In this document: piece after piece, positions 1-11,692 of the stretch | How positions within the stretch are numbered: position 1 is the first letter of the stretch | Layout: each line of letters begins with the position of its first letter | Source: Octopus sinensis | Lineage: Eukaryota | Assembly: GCF_006345805.1 (NCBI RefSeq) | Contig: NC_043002.1 | Span: forward strand, 58,714,001 to 58,778,000 | Direction: 5' to 3' | DNA length: 64,000 nt | Program-made: the position numbers and the translations under genes | Notes under the pieces: model-generated | Told to the model about the DNA's origin: nothing | Database searches by the model: none | Seen by the model: the letters and a program-made list of their open reading frames with translations, nothing else

Positions 1-1609
1 AATGTGTATTCAACTATTTTCTTTTACTCTTTACTTGCGTCTGCCATTTGACTGTGGCCATGTTGGGGCACCATCTTGAAGGGTTTTTAGTTCAATGACT
101 CAACTCCAGTACTTTTTTTTTAAAACTTGATACTTATTCTATCAGTCTCTTTTGTCAAACTGCTAAGTTACAGAGGCATAAACCAACCAACACCAGTTGT
201 CAAGTGGTCTAATGACAGGCTTTTTTCGGTCTTCTACCAAAGCCTGAGGTTATAGTAGAAGACACTTGCCCAAAGTGCCATACTGTGGGACTGAACCCAG
301 AACCATGTGGTTTGGAAGCAAACTTCTTACCGCACAGCCACACCGGCACCTCATAGTAATAATGGTAAATTAAATTTAAATTTTTCATTATTTTGAAAAA
401 TTAATCAAAACAAGAACAGTGTATTTTGACAGGAATGTTGTAATATAAGAATTGAGAATAAACTAGATTTGTCTAAATTAAATTCTGATCTCTAATAACT
501 GTTCCACACTGACAGATTTTGCTACTGGTATTTTATTGTAGGTGGAGTAAAATTTGGTAACAATAATTCTTCTAAGAAGTAACTCTATAGCTTCAAATAT
601 CACTCTCCTCATTGTTTTAACTATGTAAGCCAGAATATTGAAATTTTCAGCTCGTATATATTATCCAGCCAGAAAGATGATCCTTGGAAACACATCTATT
701 TTAGAATAGCACTAACAGACGAAAATGTAATGAAATTCCTGCCGACAGAACAAAAGTCAAAGAAGACGATTGATAGAACAAACTTTTGTTATAAGTGTTT
801 GTTTGTTTTTCAGACAACATATTTATACAACCATCAAGGGCTTTTGTAACATTAAGAATGAGAAAAAATAATGCAACTTATCTTGGTTGGTCAGACATTA
901 GATAAATGGGTTTAGAAGAGGTCTCACATTACACAATCAAACAAACAAAAAACAATGTGTGTGTGTGTGTGTGTGTGTGCAGGAGAGAGAGAAGAGGAAA
1001 TTCAACTTGTGAATAGGTTGGGTTTTCAATAGAGTTTCCTCTCAAAAAAATCGTTAGTTTGTGGCATCTACCCAAAGATTTTCATATTAGCATTTATTTA
1101 CCTTTCCCTATTGTTAGATGCGTATATTCTTTTATTCTTTTACTTGTTTCAGGCATTTGACTGTGGTCATGCTGGAGCACTGCCTTTAGTCGAACAAATC
1201 AACCCCAGGACTTATTCTATGTAAACCTAGTTCTTATTCTCCCACTCACTTTTGTCGAACCACTAAGATACGGGGATGTAACCACACCAACATTGGTTGT
1301 CAAGTGATGGAGGGGAGACAAACATATATATATATATATATACTAGCTGGTGTGCCCAGTAATTCCCAGGTGTAAAGATGTTCTATTGAAACGCTTTATT
1401 ACTCTGATATAAGAAACCAATTTCATTATAAAGTATAAAAGTGATATTGTCTGCAAAAATTAGAAATAGGACACACAAAAAAATCAACATTCAAAGTAAT
1501 CGAACATAAATAATGAAATGGGTTATTTGCCTTGAGTGTTTAAAAAGATATTGTACAGGTGCTATGGGTTATTTTCCTTGGGTGTTTAAAAAACATTAAC
1601 CCATTTATC

Positions 1610-2335
1610 ATCATGAGCTTCTCAGTGGATTTGCTTTGCCTGGCCTTCATGAGTTTACAAGAGCCAGGATGCTTTCATTGGGCACTCTGTCTCTTCGTAT
1701 CTGTACCATAACAGTAGATCCAGCTTTTGTTACAGGTCCTATTGGACTGCAGGTAATAAACTCAACTATCTCCCTGCTGTCACCAGCAAGTCTTTCCTTC
1801 TAATCATTACTGAGCACCTTGGGAAGAAACTTTGCACACATTTTGGCCATGCTCAGATTTTCATGATTAATTCTGTGTACAGTTGTCACACCAACTCCAA
1901 ACTACTGTAAGCTTATTGTCTTTGTAGACACAAGACAGCCTTCATCTAAAAAATTGCAAATTTTCTCAACTATCTCTGATGTTCGGATCTCTCTCTCTCT
2001 CTTTCTCCCTCACACACCTCTCATAACATCTCATTTCCTCTCTACTGTCCTTGAACTGCTTGTGCCTTCAAAAGACAGATACCCGGCTCATTCAAATTCA
2101 TCCATGACCAGTCTGGAGCAGTTCATCAGTTTCTGCAGTGTTTTTGTCCAGTTTAACACAAAACTTTATTGCATAGCAAGCTGGACGTCTGTCATTGAGA
2201 ACCCAAAGAAGGACGAAATCACATGATCTGGCAGGTCCAGCGGCCATTTCAGATGGTTATTGCTTGTCAGCAAATCAAACACTAGTACTTTGATGCACCA
2301 AGTGTCCATATGAGAGATCCTCTCATGGTAAATAA
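1610..2335 (-). mobile_element. Degraded mariner (Tc1/mariner) transposase relic
   Basis: Manual minus-strand translation gives mariner-like segments 'YAIKFCVKLDKNTAET', 'GVTTVHRINHENLSMAKMCAKFLPKVLS' and 'SWIYCYGTDTKRQSAQ*KHPGS..KARQSKSTEKLMMI', with stops, frameshifts and a CT microsatellite inside. Confidence 0.8.
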
Positions 2336-2439
2336 TGCAGCATTCTGTGTTCTAACACATCTGTGTTGAATTGGAGATAAATATTACCTTTTGATATTAA
2401 TACTGGTTCTGCCACTATTAATTGTATATATATATATAT

Positions 2440-2730
2440 CATCATCGTTTAATGTCCACTTTCAATGCTAGCATGGGTTGGACGATTTTGACTGAGGGCT
2501 GGCGAACCAGATGGCTGCACCAGGCTCCAATCTTGATCTGGTAGAGTTTCTACAGCTGGATGCCCTTCCTAATGCCAACCACTCCGGGAGTGTAGTCGGT
2601 GCTTCTTACGTGCCACCGGCACGGGGGCCATTCAGGTGGTACTGGCAATGACCTCGCTCAAATCTTTTTACACATGCCACCAGCACAGGTGCCAGTAAGG
2701 CGACGTTGGTAACGATCACGCTCACTTAAA
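2440..2730 (-). mobile_element. RTE-3'-tail-type short repeat
   Basis: Reverse complement of the recurring 'gagtggttggcattaggaagggcatccagctgtagaaac...ccatgctagcat...aaacgatgatga' sequence. Other copies lie near 9130-9350, 18120-18540, 41050-41350, 45020-45310 and 46600-46940. Confidence 0.65.
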
Positions 2731-2894
2731 AATGGAGACGGCTGGTTTATGGGATTACTTTAGGTTTCCCATCCATAAAGGGTTTAGCTTAATGGTGTAT
2801 TGTCAGATCCCAAAACCTGTTGGCCCAAGACTTCTTTAAAATATTCTTTTTTCGGATTTATGTGTTTTACAGACAATATGTATATATATATTTT

Positions 2895-3290
2895 TTATTT
2901 GTTTCAGTCTTTTGATTGTTGCCATGCTGGAGCACTGCCTTTTAATTGAGCAAATCAACCTCAGGACTTATTCTTTGTAAGCCTGATACTTATTCTATCG
3001 GTCTCTTTTGCCGAACCGCTAAGTTACAGGGATGTAAACACACTGGCATCAGTTGTCAAGCGATTGTGGTAGGGACAAACACAGACACAAACACACACAC
3101 ATAAATATATATATATATGATGGGCTTCTTTTTAGTTTCTGTCTACCAAATCCACTCACAAAGCTTTGGTTGGACTGAGCCTATAGTAGAAGATACTTAC
3201 CCTAGGTACTACACTGTGGGATTGAACCTAGAACCATGTGGTTGGGAAGCAAGCTTCTTACCACACAGTCATGTCTGCACCTATTTACCA
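2895..3290 (-). mobile_element. tRNA-derived SINE (abundant OK/OR-like family)
   Basis: Has the family's 'cagtcatttgactgtggccatgctggagcac' tail, a central CA/TA microsatellite and the 'ggaaccatgtggttgg..agcaagc..cttaccacacagcc' head. Many copies occur in the window. Confidence 0.7.
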
Positions 3291-3692
3291 AATAAGGAGA
3301 GTTAAAATTCTTTAACTCATTTTTAATGATTCGTTACAATTGTTCCTGTACCAACTCTTCTTGCAGTGCCAGTTTATGCAAAAATTCAAAGTAAAAATTT
3401 ACGTAATGTTAGAGCAACACTTCATCAGACTTGCATCCAAGGCATGCTGTTACATTGTGCATCTTCCTGACCTTGGATTTTTTGGCTTATGTTGGGGGGA
3501 AACACAAAATAAATAAAATTGTGGTTATGGGATGAGTATGTAGGGTAGAGATTATGTAGGGGGTGGAGAATCAAAAGGAAGGATACAGAGAAGAAGAAGA
3601 AGGAGGAGAAGGACATATATGTATGTATATATTTGTATATATATAACAACTTGTTCTATGAACTTTGTTATATATATACAAATATAACTTTG

Positions 3693-3753
3693 GCTACTAA
3701 ACCCAAGATTCTGAGTTCGATTCCAAGCAGTGACCTGAATAATAATAATAATG

Positions 3754-3796
<43 letters not shown>
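3693..3796 (+). mobile_element. 5' half (partial tRNA-like head + (AAT)n) of the hammerhead-bearing repeat interrupted by the Dong LINE
   Basis: 'gctactaaacccaagattctgagttcgattccaagcagtgacctg' followed by (AAT)n at 3738-3796 matches the uninterrupted copies at 34921 and 53281. Confidence 0.75.
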
Positions 3797-3799
<3 letters not shown>

Positions 3800-5931
3800 G
3801 GGCTGATATCACAAAGGCTGAACAAGCACCTGGACGAAAACAAACTGTTCCCAGAAGAGCAGAAAGGATGCCGCAAAGGCTCATATGGCTGTAAAGATCA
3901 ACTAATGATTAATAAAGCCATAACTGAAGACAGCCACAGAAAGAAGAAAGGCCTCAGTATGGCCTGGATTGACTACAAAAAGGCGTTTGATAGCATCCCC
4001 CACACATGGATCCTCGAAACACTAGCCATTAACAAAGTAGCACCAACAATCATAAAATTCATAGAGCACTCTATGAATAAATGGCAAACAGTCCTACACC
4101 TCCAAACAAAAGAGGGACTCATGAAAACCAAAGACATCCCCATTAGAAGAGGAATATTCCAGGGAGACACGCTCTCTCCACTCCTTTTCTGCTTGGCACT
4201 GTCACCTCTATCTGATATGCTAAATAGAACTGGATGCGGATATAAATGTTACGGCAAAACGATCAGCCACCTTTTATATATGGATGACCTAAAACTATAC
4301 GCTGCAAATGACAAACAGCTGGAAACACTATTAAAGACAGTTCATGGATTTACCAAAGAAATAGATATGAAATTTGGATTAGAAAAATGCGCCAAAGTAA
4401 CTCTGAAAAGAGGAAAACTAGTTAAGAGTAACAACATCACACTAGATAAAACCAATGAAATAAAAGAATTAGACCAAAGCCAAACTTACAAATACTTAAG
4501 AATCCATGAACTAGATAAGACACAACACACACAAATAAAAGAGAAAATAAAAAAAGAATATTATAGACGAGTTAGATCAATACTAAACACAGAGCTCAAT
4601 GCTAAAAACAAGATAATAGGTATCAACACTTTAGCTGTCCCAGTTATAAGTTACAGCTACAATATCCTTAACTGGACACGAAATGAACTGACCAAAATAG
4701 ATAGGAAAACAAGAAAAATAATGACAGGATCTAGGATGCATCACCCAAAATCTGACATAGAAAGACTATATATACAACGTATAGAAGGTGGTAGAGGCCT
4801 TATACAGCTGGAAAACTACTATAAAATAACCACCATAGGACTGCAAAAATATCTACTTCAGAAGGAAGGAAAACTGATCCAGATAGCGGCAAAACACGAG
4901 CAAAACAAAAAACTGTTCTCAGTATTTAAGGAAGCTGACAAATACAAACAAGAAATCATACCACCTAATAAACATGAAGAAGAAGAAGAAGATGAAGAAA
5001 CAACAAAAGCTATAAAACAAATGAAATCCAAACTAAAAATAGAACAGCAACGAACCATGATAAAACGATGGCAAGAAAAGCCCCTTCATGGTAAATACTG
5101 GACTAAACTAAACGCAAAAGAAATAGACAAAGAAAAATCCCAGCAATGGTTGAGAAGCTCAGGACTCAAAGCAGAAACAGAGGGATTTTTAATTGCAGCA
5201 CAAGACCAAAGCCTCCCCACCAGAAATTACCAAAAAATGTAATGAAAAGAAATATTACAAGTAACTGCAGAATATGTGGAGATGGACAAGAAACAATAAA
5301 TCATATTATCTCTAGCTGCCCAGTCTTGGCTAAGAAGGAATATATTGACAGACATGACAGAGTTGGAACCTACATACATTGGAAGCTATGCCAACATTAT
5401 GGAATAACAACAGAAAAAAGATGGTATAGGCACACACCAGAAAAGGTCACAGAAAACGAGAAAGCAACCATACTCTGGGATATGCCGATACACACAGATA
5501 GAGAAATTAAGGCCAACAGACCAGATATAGTTGTCAGAGATCATGAAGAAAAAAAATGCTTTCTAATTGATGTATCAATACCGGCTGATGACAACGTGTC
5601 TCTAAAAGAAATGGAGAAACTTTCAAAATACAAAGACCTGGAAATAGAGGTAACTAGAATGTGGAATCTGAAAACAGAAACAATTCGTATCATAGTAGGT
5701 GCATTAGGCATGATAAAAAAATATTCAGACAAATACATAACAAAAACACCAGGACTTACAAACACATATAACATACAGAAAATTGCACTACTAGGCACTG
5801 CACACATCCTACGCAGAACACTTTCCATACAATAACCATCAGAGCATCACAACAAATCACAGCACATACCAAGGCACACAGAGCTGCGCTCGGTAGTGAA
5901 GTGAAAGCACGCTATACAAATAAAACTACTG
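3797..5931 (+). mobile_element. 5'-truncated R4/Dong-clade non-LTR retrotransposon (RT + CCHC + restriction-like endonuclease)
   Basis: RT motifs 'EQKGCRKGSYGCKDQL', 'WIDYKKAFDSIPH', 'GIFQGDTLSPLLF' and 'YMDD'. C-terminal 'CRICGDGQETINHIISSC' zinc knuckle and 'RPDIVV..LIDVSIP' PD-(D/E)xK endonuclease. Flanked on both sides by (TAA)n. Confidence 0.92.
3905..5835 (+). pseudogene. Dong/R4 ORF split by one frameshift in an A-run near 5232-5238
   Basis: ORFs 3905-5242 and 5146-5835 join as '...LPTRNYQK/NVMKRNITSNCRICG'. The frame is also open upstream of 3905 to about 3800. Confidence 0.85.
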
Positions 5932-5972
5932 AATAATAATAATTATAATAATAATAATAATAATAATAATAA

Positions 5973-6050
5973 ATCACACGTATTGAGAAGAGCATTGTCG
6001 ATGTGAGAACTATCACACGTATTGAGAAGAGCATTGTCGATGTGAGAACT
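5973..6050. repeat. Perfect 39-bp tandem duplication
   Basis: 'atcacacgtattgagaagagcattgtcgatgtgagaact' occurs twice, directly after the LINE's (TAA)n tail. Confidence 0.9.
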
Positions 6051-6209
6051 GTTGCTGCTCATGTATTTTAAAAAAAGAAAAAAAAAAATGAACGAACTAT
6101 TGAGTTTGGTTTAATGGCCTACCAATGTATACTATGAGTTTCTTTGCCCTAGGAGTCGGGAAGACACTCAGCAAGAAATGGAAGCAAATTTGAAACAAGA
6201 AAAATAAAG

Positions 6210-6405
6210 TAATAATAATAATAATAATAAAATAACATCGAAAATACCTTAGGGATGAGATCCCAGGTTCGAAATTACCCTAAGACACCTGATGAAGGCT
6301 GGAGGGTATATCAGCTGAAATGTTGTGTTAACAACAAACAAGATGAGGACAAATATCTGTCAAATGTAAATAATGTAAATAATTTCTCATCTCTTAAATA
6401 TAGAA
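6210..6405 (+). mobile_element. 3' half of the hammerhead-bearing repeat
   Basis: (AAT)n then 'catcgaaaataccttagggatgagatcccaggttcgaaatt...gacacCTGATGAaggctg...cagctGAAAtgttgtgtt...gatgaggacaaatatc' matches 53450-53625. Confidence 0.8.
6284..6329 (+). ncRNA. Minimal type I hammerhead ribozyme motif (copy 1)
   Basis: Stem I GACAC/GUGUU, core CUGAUGA, stem II GGCUG/CAGCU, GAAA, minimal stem III AUGU, cleavage triplet GUU. Confidence 0.6.
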
Positions 6406-7059
6406 CTCAACTTGTTCTAAATATTCATAATTGTCTGATGATCAGTTAATTGAAACTCTGAGTAACATTTTAACAGTTTGTGAAATCTTTTCATCATCCC
6501 CTGGGCCAAGAACATTGCAAGGAATGGAAGAGTACAATTCTAAAGCATCAACAACAATAAATTGAATCCCAGAGCGGCCAAAATCACAGGTCCCTTAACC
6601 AGTGCCCAATGACCCTCTGCGATAAGCTCTCTAACCACATGTGTTTGTATGTGTGTGTGTGTGTGTATTGATCTAAATCCACACAATATACAGCTATCTA
6701 CTCCAATTCAACGATAAACTAAGGTCAAAGCGATTTCTGTTTACTTAAGAATCAATGTTCAACGAACTGGAAGATAGTCTTGAGAATTATGTACAGCTGA
6801 AAAATAAAAATAAATTCCTGTTTTTTTTTTTTTTTTGGTATTAGAATTTAACTGAAGACTATTTTTCAGCTGAATGTTCTGTCTCCAAACTGTGTCTGGC
6901 AGATGGTTTCTCCAGCCGCAGGAATGACATCTGCTCCTAATTCTAGTCTTAGATTAATTAAAGAATATCATTTTCTTCATTCAGAACTGCAGAAAGTCAG
7001 CTTTGTTCTTTCGCAATCCTTTCTGTATGCTTCGGTATATTTTTTCCCAACATATCTCC

Positions 7060-7301
7060 TTCTCTTTCTTTGTCTCTCTCTCTCTCTCTTTCTCTCCTTC
7101 ACTCCTTATCTGTCTGTCTTTCTCTTTCTCTGTCTCTCACTCTCCCTCTCTCTCCTCCCCTTACTGTCTGCCTTTCTCTCTGCCCCCTCTCCCTCCTCTC
7201 TCATTCTTTCATTCAACCAATTTTTTTTTCATCTTTCTGTTTCTCTATTTAAAAAAAATTTTTCTCTCCCTTTCCTTTGTGTTTTTACTTTTATTCACCC
7301 T

Positions 7302-7335
<34 letters not shown>

Positions 7336-7420
7336 ATCTCTTCCTTCTCTATCTTCTTCCCCATTCTTTTAGACTTCATACTTCCGCTTTTCCTTTTTCT
7401 CTCATTCAATCCCTCTCTAT
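7060..7420. repeat. CT-rich polypyrimidine low-complexity tract
   Basis: Imperfect (CT)n/(TCTT)n runs. These explain the spurious F/L/S-rich ORFs at 6903-7659. Confidence 0.85.
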
Positions 7421-8129
7421 CTCCATTATCCCATTATTCCATTATTCCATTAGTTTCTATATACATTCCACTAATCCAAGCAGATACTCAACACAGCTTG
7501 TCTTCACCTTATAACTCATTTAATAAACTAAACCCAGTAGATTATCTGGCACCTACAAATAAATACCCTTTTGTCTTTCTATATAATCCCTGGCATTCCA
7601 CTTCTATCTTTTATTTGCTTCGGCCATTGGACTGTGGCCATGCTGGGGCACTGCTTTGAAGAATGGCTTTAGTTGAACAAATCAACCCCAGTACTTATTT
7701 TTTAAAGCCTGTTTTTTGTTTTACCACTTCCTTTTGTTGGATTGCTAAGTTACTGAGACGTAAACACTAAATCACAAGGTCGTAAACAAACCAACACTTA
7801 AGATCACAGTCCCTATTTCTGGGATGATTACTGTGTCATTCACAGTATCCGTGGACATCAGGTAGATCATCTTCATTGATTCATTTCTTCAGGCTATGTA
7901 GTGAGATGGAACCTGGAACCATGTAGTTGGGAAGCAAACTTCTTACCGCACAGCCATGCCTGTGCTGATAGTTGATCATAGTTTTTAAAAAAATGGAATT
8001 TAATTGAATCTGTAGGAAAAAAAAAAAACATTATAATTTAACACATAACAAACAAGAAAAACATATAAAACAAGGATTCCTTCTGTGTGCTATTTTAGCC
8101 CTAAGGTCTTCAATATTTGATTTGTTTAA

Positions 8130-8498
8130 CCCTTTTTTTATTACCGTATTTGTTTTGAGATGCTCTGTGTTTCTTTCAATCAATTTTAAATACAACAAAG
8201 AATTTAGTAAAATATGTTTCTTTATTAGCCATGCAGGGCTGCACACAGATGGTACAGATAACAAAGTAGAGCTTTTCTTTTTGGGGAGAAAAAAAAAAAG
8301 GGGGTAGGTTTTCAATCAAAAGGGATCGTAAAAGGGAAAGAAAAAAAATTGATCAATAGGGATCGTGTCAATCAGCTAGTGTGAAGAACATAAATTGTGA
8401 CTAAGGTTTGATGGAAGATTTTAATTCAAAACTTATGAAAACAAGACATTTGAACTACAGAGCCAGAGGTGGTTTCAGCTGGGTTCGTATCAAAAGGG
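8130..8498. mobile_element. piggyBac-type MITE
   Basis: TTAA (8126-8129) + CCCTTTT ... AAAAGGG + TTAA (8499-8502). The internal sequence is shared, inverted, with 55559-55781. Confidence 0.7.
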
Positions 8499-8576
8499 TT
8501 AAATATCATGTGAAGTAAGTTTACTATAACAAAAATAGCTACAAGCTGAAAAGTTTGAAGACACACACATAATGTA

Positions 8577-8626
<50 letters not shown>

Positions 8627-8679
8627 CTGTATGTATGTATGTATGTATATATATATATATATGTATGTATGTATGTATG

Positions 8680-8716
<37 letters not shown>

Positions 8717-9854
8717 GTATATATATATATGCAAGTATAGGTTTTGTGATACAAACTCTTGGCCCTTGAGTCACTGTAGCTTCTGCTGATTAATGAAAGA
8801 ATATTATGTTTGTGTATGTTTCCTTTTTATTTTCATACCATTTGGATTGCACACAACCACTTTGCTTAATGCTAAATTTGACACTGTTGTTATTGCCAGT
8901 AGCACCAGAAATGAATTCAATACAGATTGATTGCAAAGTGGGTAGGATTTTGCCAAGAGGCATAATTAGTTCAAAGAACTAGATAATACTTTGTTGGAGG
9001 CAGTAAAAAAATAATATCAAAATGCTTCCTAAATCCATGTTAAATTCGTCTAATGTCTGACAACAACCAAGTTAACGATGAGGATTTGACTCTTTCGATT
9101 ACCATATTTCTGTTAAAATACACCATCATCATCATCATTATCATTATTGCTTAACATCTGTTTTCCATGCTGGTATGGGTTGGAACCTTTTCAGGTTCCA
9201 TAGTCTGTTTTGGCATGATTCCTACAGCTGGATGCCATTTCTAATGCCAACCATTCTACAGAGTGCACTGGGTACTTTCTATGTGGTACTCCTACCAATG
9301 CTTCTTACATGGCACCAGCATCAGTGGTTTCTACATGGTACTAGCACCAGTGCTTTATAGCAATTAATTTTGAAAATCATAAATAATTTTTGTAAAGTAA
9401 CTGTAATTATTTAGCAAGTGTTTATAAATTAAATTTCATAAATTAATATGAATATAAATTAACATAAAATTTTAATGGAAGTTTTAATTTAGATCACTTT
9501 AAAAGAGAAAGGGTTTTATCATAGAGTTAGGGGCAGTTTCAGGGAATGAAAAGGGTTTAGAAAGAATAAGAAAAAAAAAAATTTGAGATGCAGGCTTTCT
9601 TGTTGGATTAAATGAAATGAAAGCATACATTTTGAAAAACAAAAACTGAACAGAACTGTACAGTGCTCCAGCATGGCCAATCTTCAGTGGCTGAGACAAA
9701 TAAAAGAGCGTAAAATTTTAAAAGTTTTAATTGTATTCATTTACATTATAGGATTCTGTTTTGCTTGTGCTCTAAAGTGGGTTCCCCCAGTGGTGTAATG
9801 TGTGACTGCCATTGTATGGTAGTTGCTGTTTTACACTAGTAGCCACAATAGTTA

Positions 9855-10129
9855 TGTGATAAGTGTGGTGAAAAGGAGCGTAACAGAACAAGGAAAAGAA
9901 TTAGAAGTGTAATTTGGTCTTACCTGTAGAGATGAAGCCGGATTCGCCTTGAGCCAACTTGCTAGCGTCTTGTCGTCTTGGCGTCGTTCTCGAGTCTGGC
10001 CGCTGGTTGATGCCGCACGTGCGTTGTGTCTCTCACTTCCGCTTCCGCCGGCGCATGCGCCCTGCGAGACCTGCAAGACCCACTTCCGCTCCCTCCATCT
10101 CTGTCACACTCCCTCATCACCACACCACA
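9855..10129 (-). repeat. 3' LTR (275 bp)
   Basis: Preceded on the minus strand by the polypurine tract AGGGGGG(CA) at 10130-10138. Confidence 0.92.
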
Positions 10130-10165
10130 TGCCCCCCTGATCTATAGATCACTGAACCGGCTTCC

Positions 10166-11386
10166 TCACTCGCTCCCGCACCTGAGACTGGTTTCGTAGT
10201 CAGCCAACCAGGGAGGAGGGTGCCGCTCCCTCTGTGGTCGCAGTGCGACCCTAGGACTTGTTTCTGGCGTGTTGCTGCCGACCTCGTCATCCTGTCTGTT
10301 GTTATCGTCTTGCCCACTGTTGCTTGTCCCATCCTCCGGGGCATGGACAATCCTCCGTATGTCCAAAACGTGGCGTGGCATACCATCTACCGAGATGTTA
10401 TTTTTTGAATTTACGGAGGTTATAGTCCCCTTTCCCCATTGCGATGTACACCGTGCGTTCGGAGGTTTCACCCAGACTTCCTCCCCGACCTGTACGAAGG
10501 CGTGCTCTTCCTCTGCCCCGGGTCGCATTGATGTAGTACACAGATGCCTCCACTCGTACCTGAATATTGCCCTGTGTGGCACCGACTCCTCGGCCTGTCC
10601 TGATCTGGGCGACATGTTGTACCAAAACACGGCCTCGACTGGTGAAATGTGACCCCTCTCAGCCATGGCCTTGATGGTACGATGATGCCTTTCCACCACC
10701 CCGTTTCCACTTGGCCGGTATGCCGCCCTGAAGAAGCGGTTGACCTTCCACTCATCAAGCATTTCTCTCAGCGCCTCCGAGCGAAATGCAGTGCCGTTGT
10801 CCAGAAGCAGTTCATCCACGGGGCCTCGTTCCAGGAATATCTCGTTCAGCACTTTCGCAATTTCTTCTGCGGTTCCTGACCTCATCTCCCTCCATATGGC
10901 GAACCGCCCCGGTCCGCAGTCAACCATTGAGAGGTATGTCCCCTGCCGGTAGTGTGTTATGTCCACCGCCAGTCGTCTCCAGTCCTGGTCCACTGGAATA
11001 CTTCCCGCTTCATGCACGACCGGAGCAGGGTCGATGGACTGGCACCTGTCACAACTGCTAACCACTCTCCGCACGCTCTGTCTTGTTACGTCGGAGTCGA
11101 CTTTTCTGGCCAGGAACAACGTCCTGTCCACACCCATGTGATGCATGGTGTGCAGTCTCCGCAACTCCGAGTCGCTCAGATGGCATACTGCAGCTACATC
11201 CTGCTTCGCGTCCTCTGGCACTTGCAACCAGGCTCGCTTAACCCTGGTCAGGACGTCTGCCCTGTTCTTCTCGGAAGGCACAAAGATCACGCTCAGCTTC
11301 AGATTGAACTCAGTGGTCAGTTCACGCAGTATCCCCAATCGACGCTTTACCAGCATCTCTGCATAATTTTTATTTTTTATTTTCAC
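10166..11386 (-). CDS. Gypsy pol C-terminus: end of RNase H + complete integrase
   Basis: RNase H end 'VIFVPSEKNRADVLTR'. Zinc-binding 'HTMHH...CDRC'. DDE residues in 'AVDIT', 'LLDNGT' and 'VVERHH'. No stop in 406 codons. Confidence 0.9.
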   Translation of the reverse strand: MKIKNKNYAEMLVKRRLGILRELTTEFNLKLSVIFVPSEKNRADVLTRVKRAWLQVPEDAKQDVAAVCHLSDSELRRLHTMHHMGVDRTLFLARKVDSDVTRQSVRRVVSSCDRCQSIDPAPVVHEAGSIPVDQDWRRLAVDITHYRQGTYLSMVDCGPGRFAIWREMRSGTAEEIAKVLNEIFLERGPVDELLLDNGTAFRSEALREMLDEWKVNRFFRAAYRPSGNGVVERHHRTIKAMAERGHISPVEAVFWYNMSPRSGQAEESVPHRAIFRYEWRHLCTTSMRPGAEEEHAFVQVGEEVWVKPPNARCTSQWGKGTITSVNSKNNISVDGMPRHVLDIRRIVHAPEDGTSNSGQDDNNRQDDEVGSNTPETSPRVALRPQRERHPPPWLADYETSLRCGSE

Positions 11387-11417
11387 GAAACCGAGTGATT
11401 ATTTTGCCGAAATAGCT

Positions 11418-11692
11418 TGTGATAAGTGTGGTGAAAAGGAGCGTAACAGAACAAGGAAAAGAATTAGAAGTGTAATTTGGTCTTACCTGTAGAGATGAAG
11501 CCGGATTCGCCTTGAGCCAACTTGCTAGCGTCTTGTCGTCTTGGCGTCGTTCTCGAGTCTGGCCGCTGGTTGATGCCGCACGTGCGTTGTGTCTCTCACT
11601 TCCGCTTCCGCCGGCGCATGCGCCCTGCGAGACCTGCAAGACCCACTTCCGCTCCCTCCATCTCTGTCACACTCCCTCATCACCACACCACA
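11418..11692 (-). repeat. 5' LTR (275 bp)
   Basis: No difference seen from 9855-10129. Minus strand begins TGTGGTG and ends ATCACA. Confidence 0.92.

Larger units (their letters stand above)
9855..11692 (-). mobile_element. Internally deleted Ty3/Gypsy LTR retrotransposon, young insertion
   Basis: Two 275-bp LTRs with TG...CA ends, 5-bp TSD AGTTA (9850-9854 and 11693-11697), PPT next to the 3' LTR, integrase ORF, and CpG-rich sequence unlike the flanks. Confidence 0.95.

Noticed and set aside
6903-7659. 200+ aa ORFs rich in F/L/S
   Set aside because: Translations of a CT-rich low-complexity tract with no domain signal.
8426-8774. YI/HT-repeat ORFs (also at 17065-17351, 32394-32866, 56049-56358)
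   Set aside because: Translations of (TA)n/(CA)n microsatellites.
10269-11398. Multiple plus-strand ORFs over the Gypsy interior
   Set aside because: Antisense shadows of the GC-rich integrase frame.
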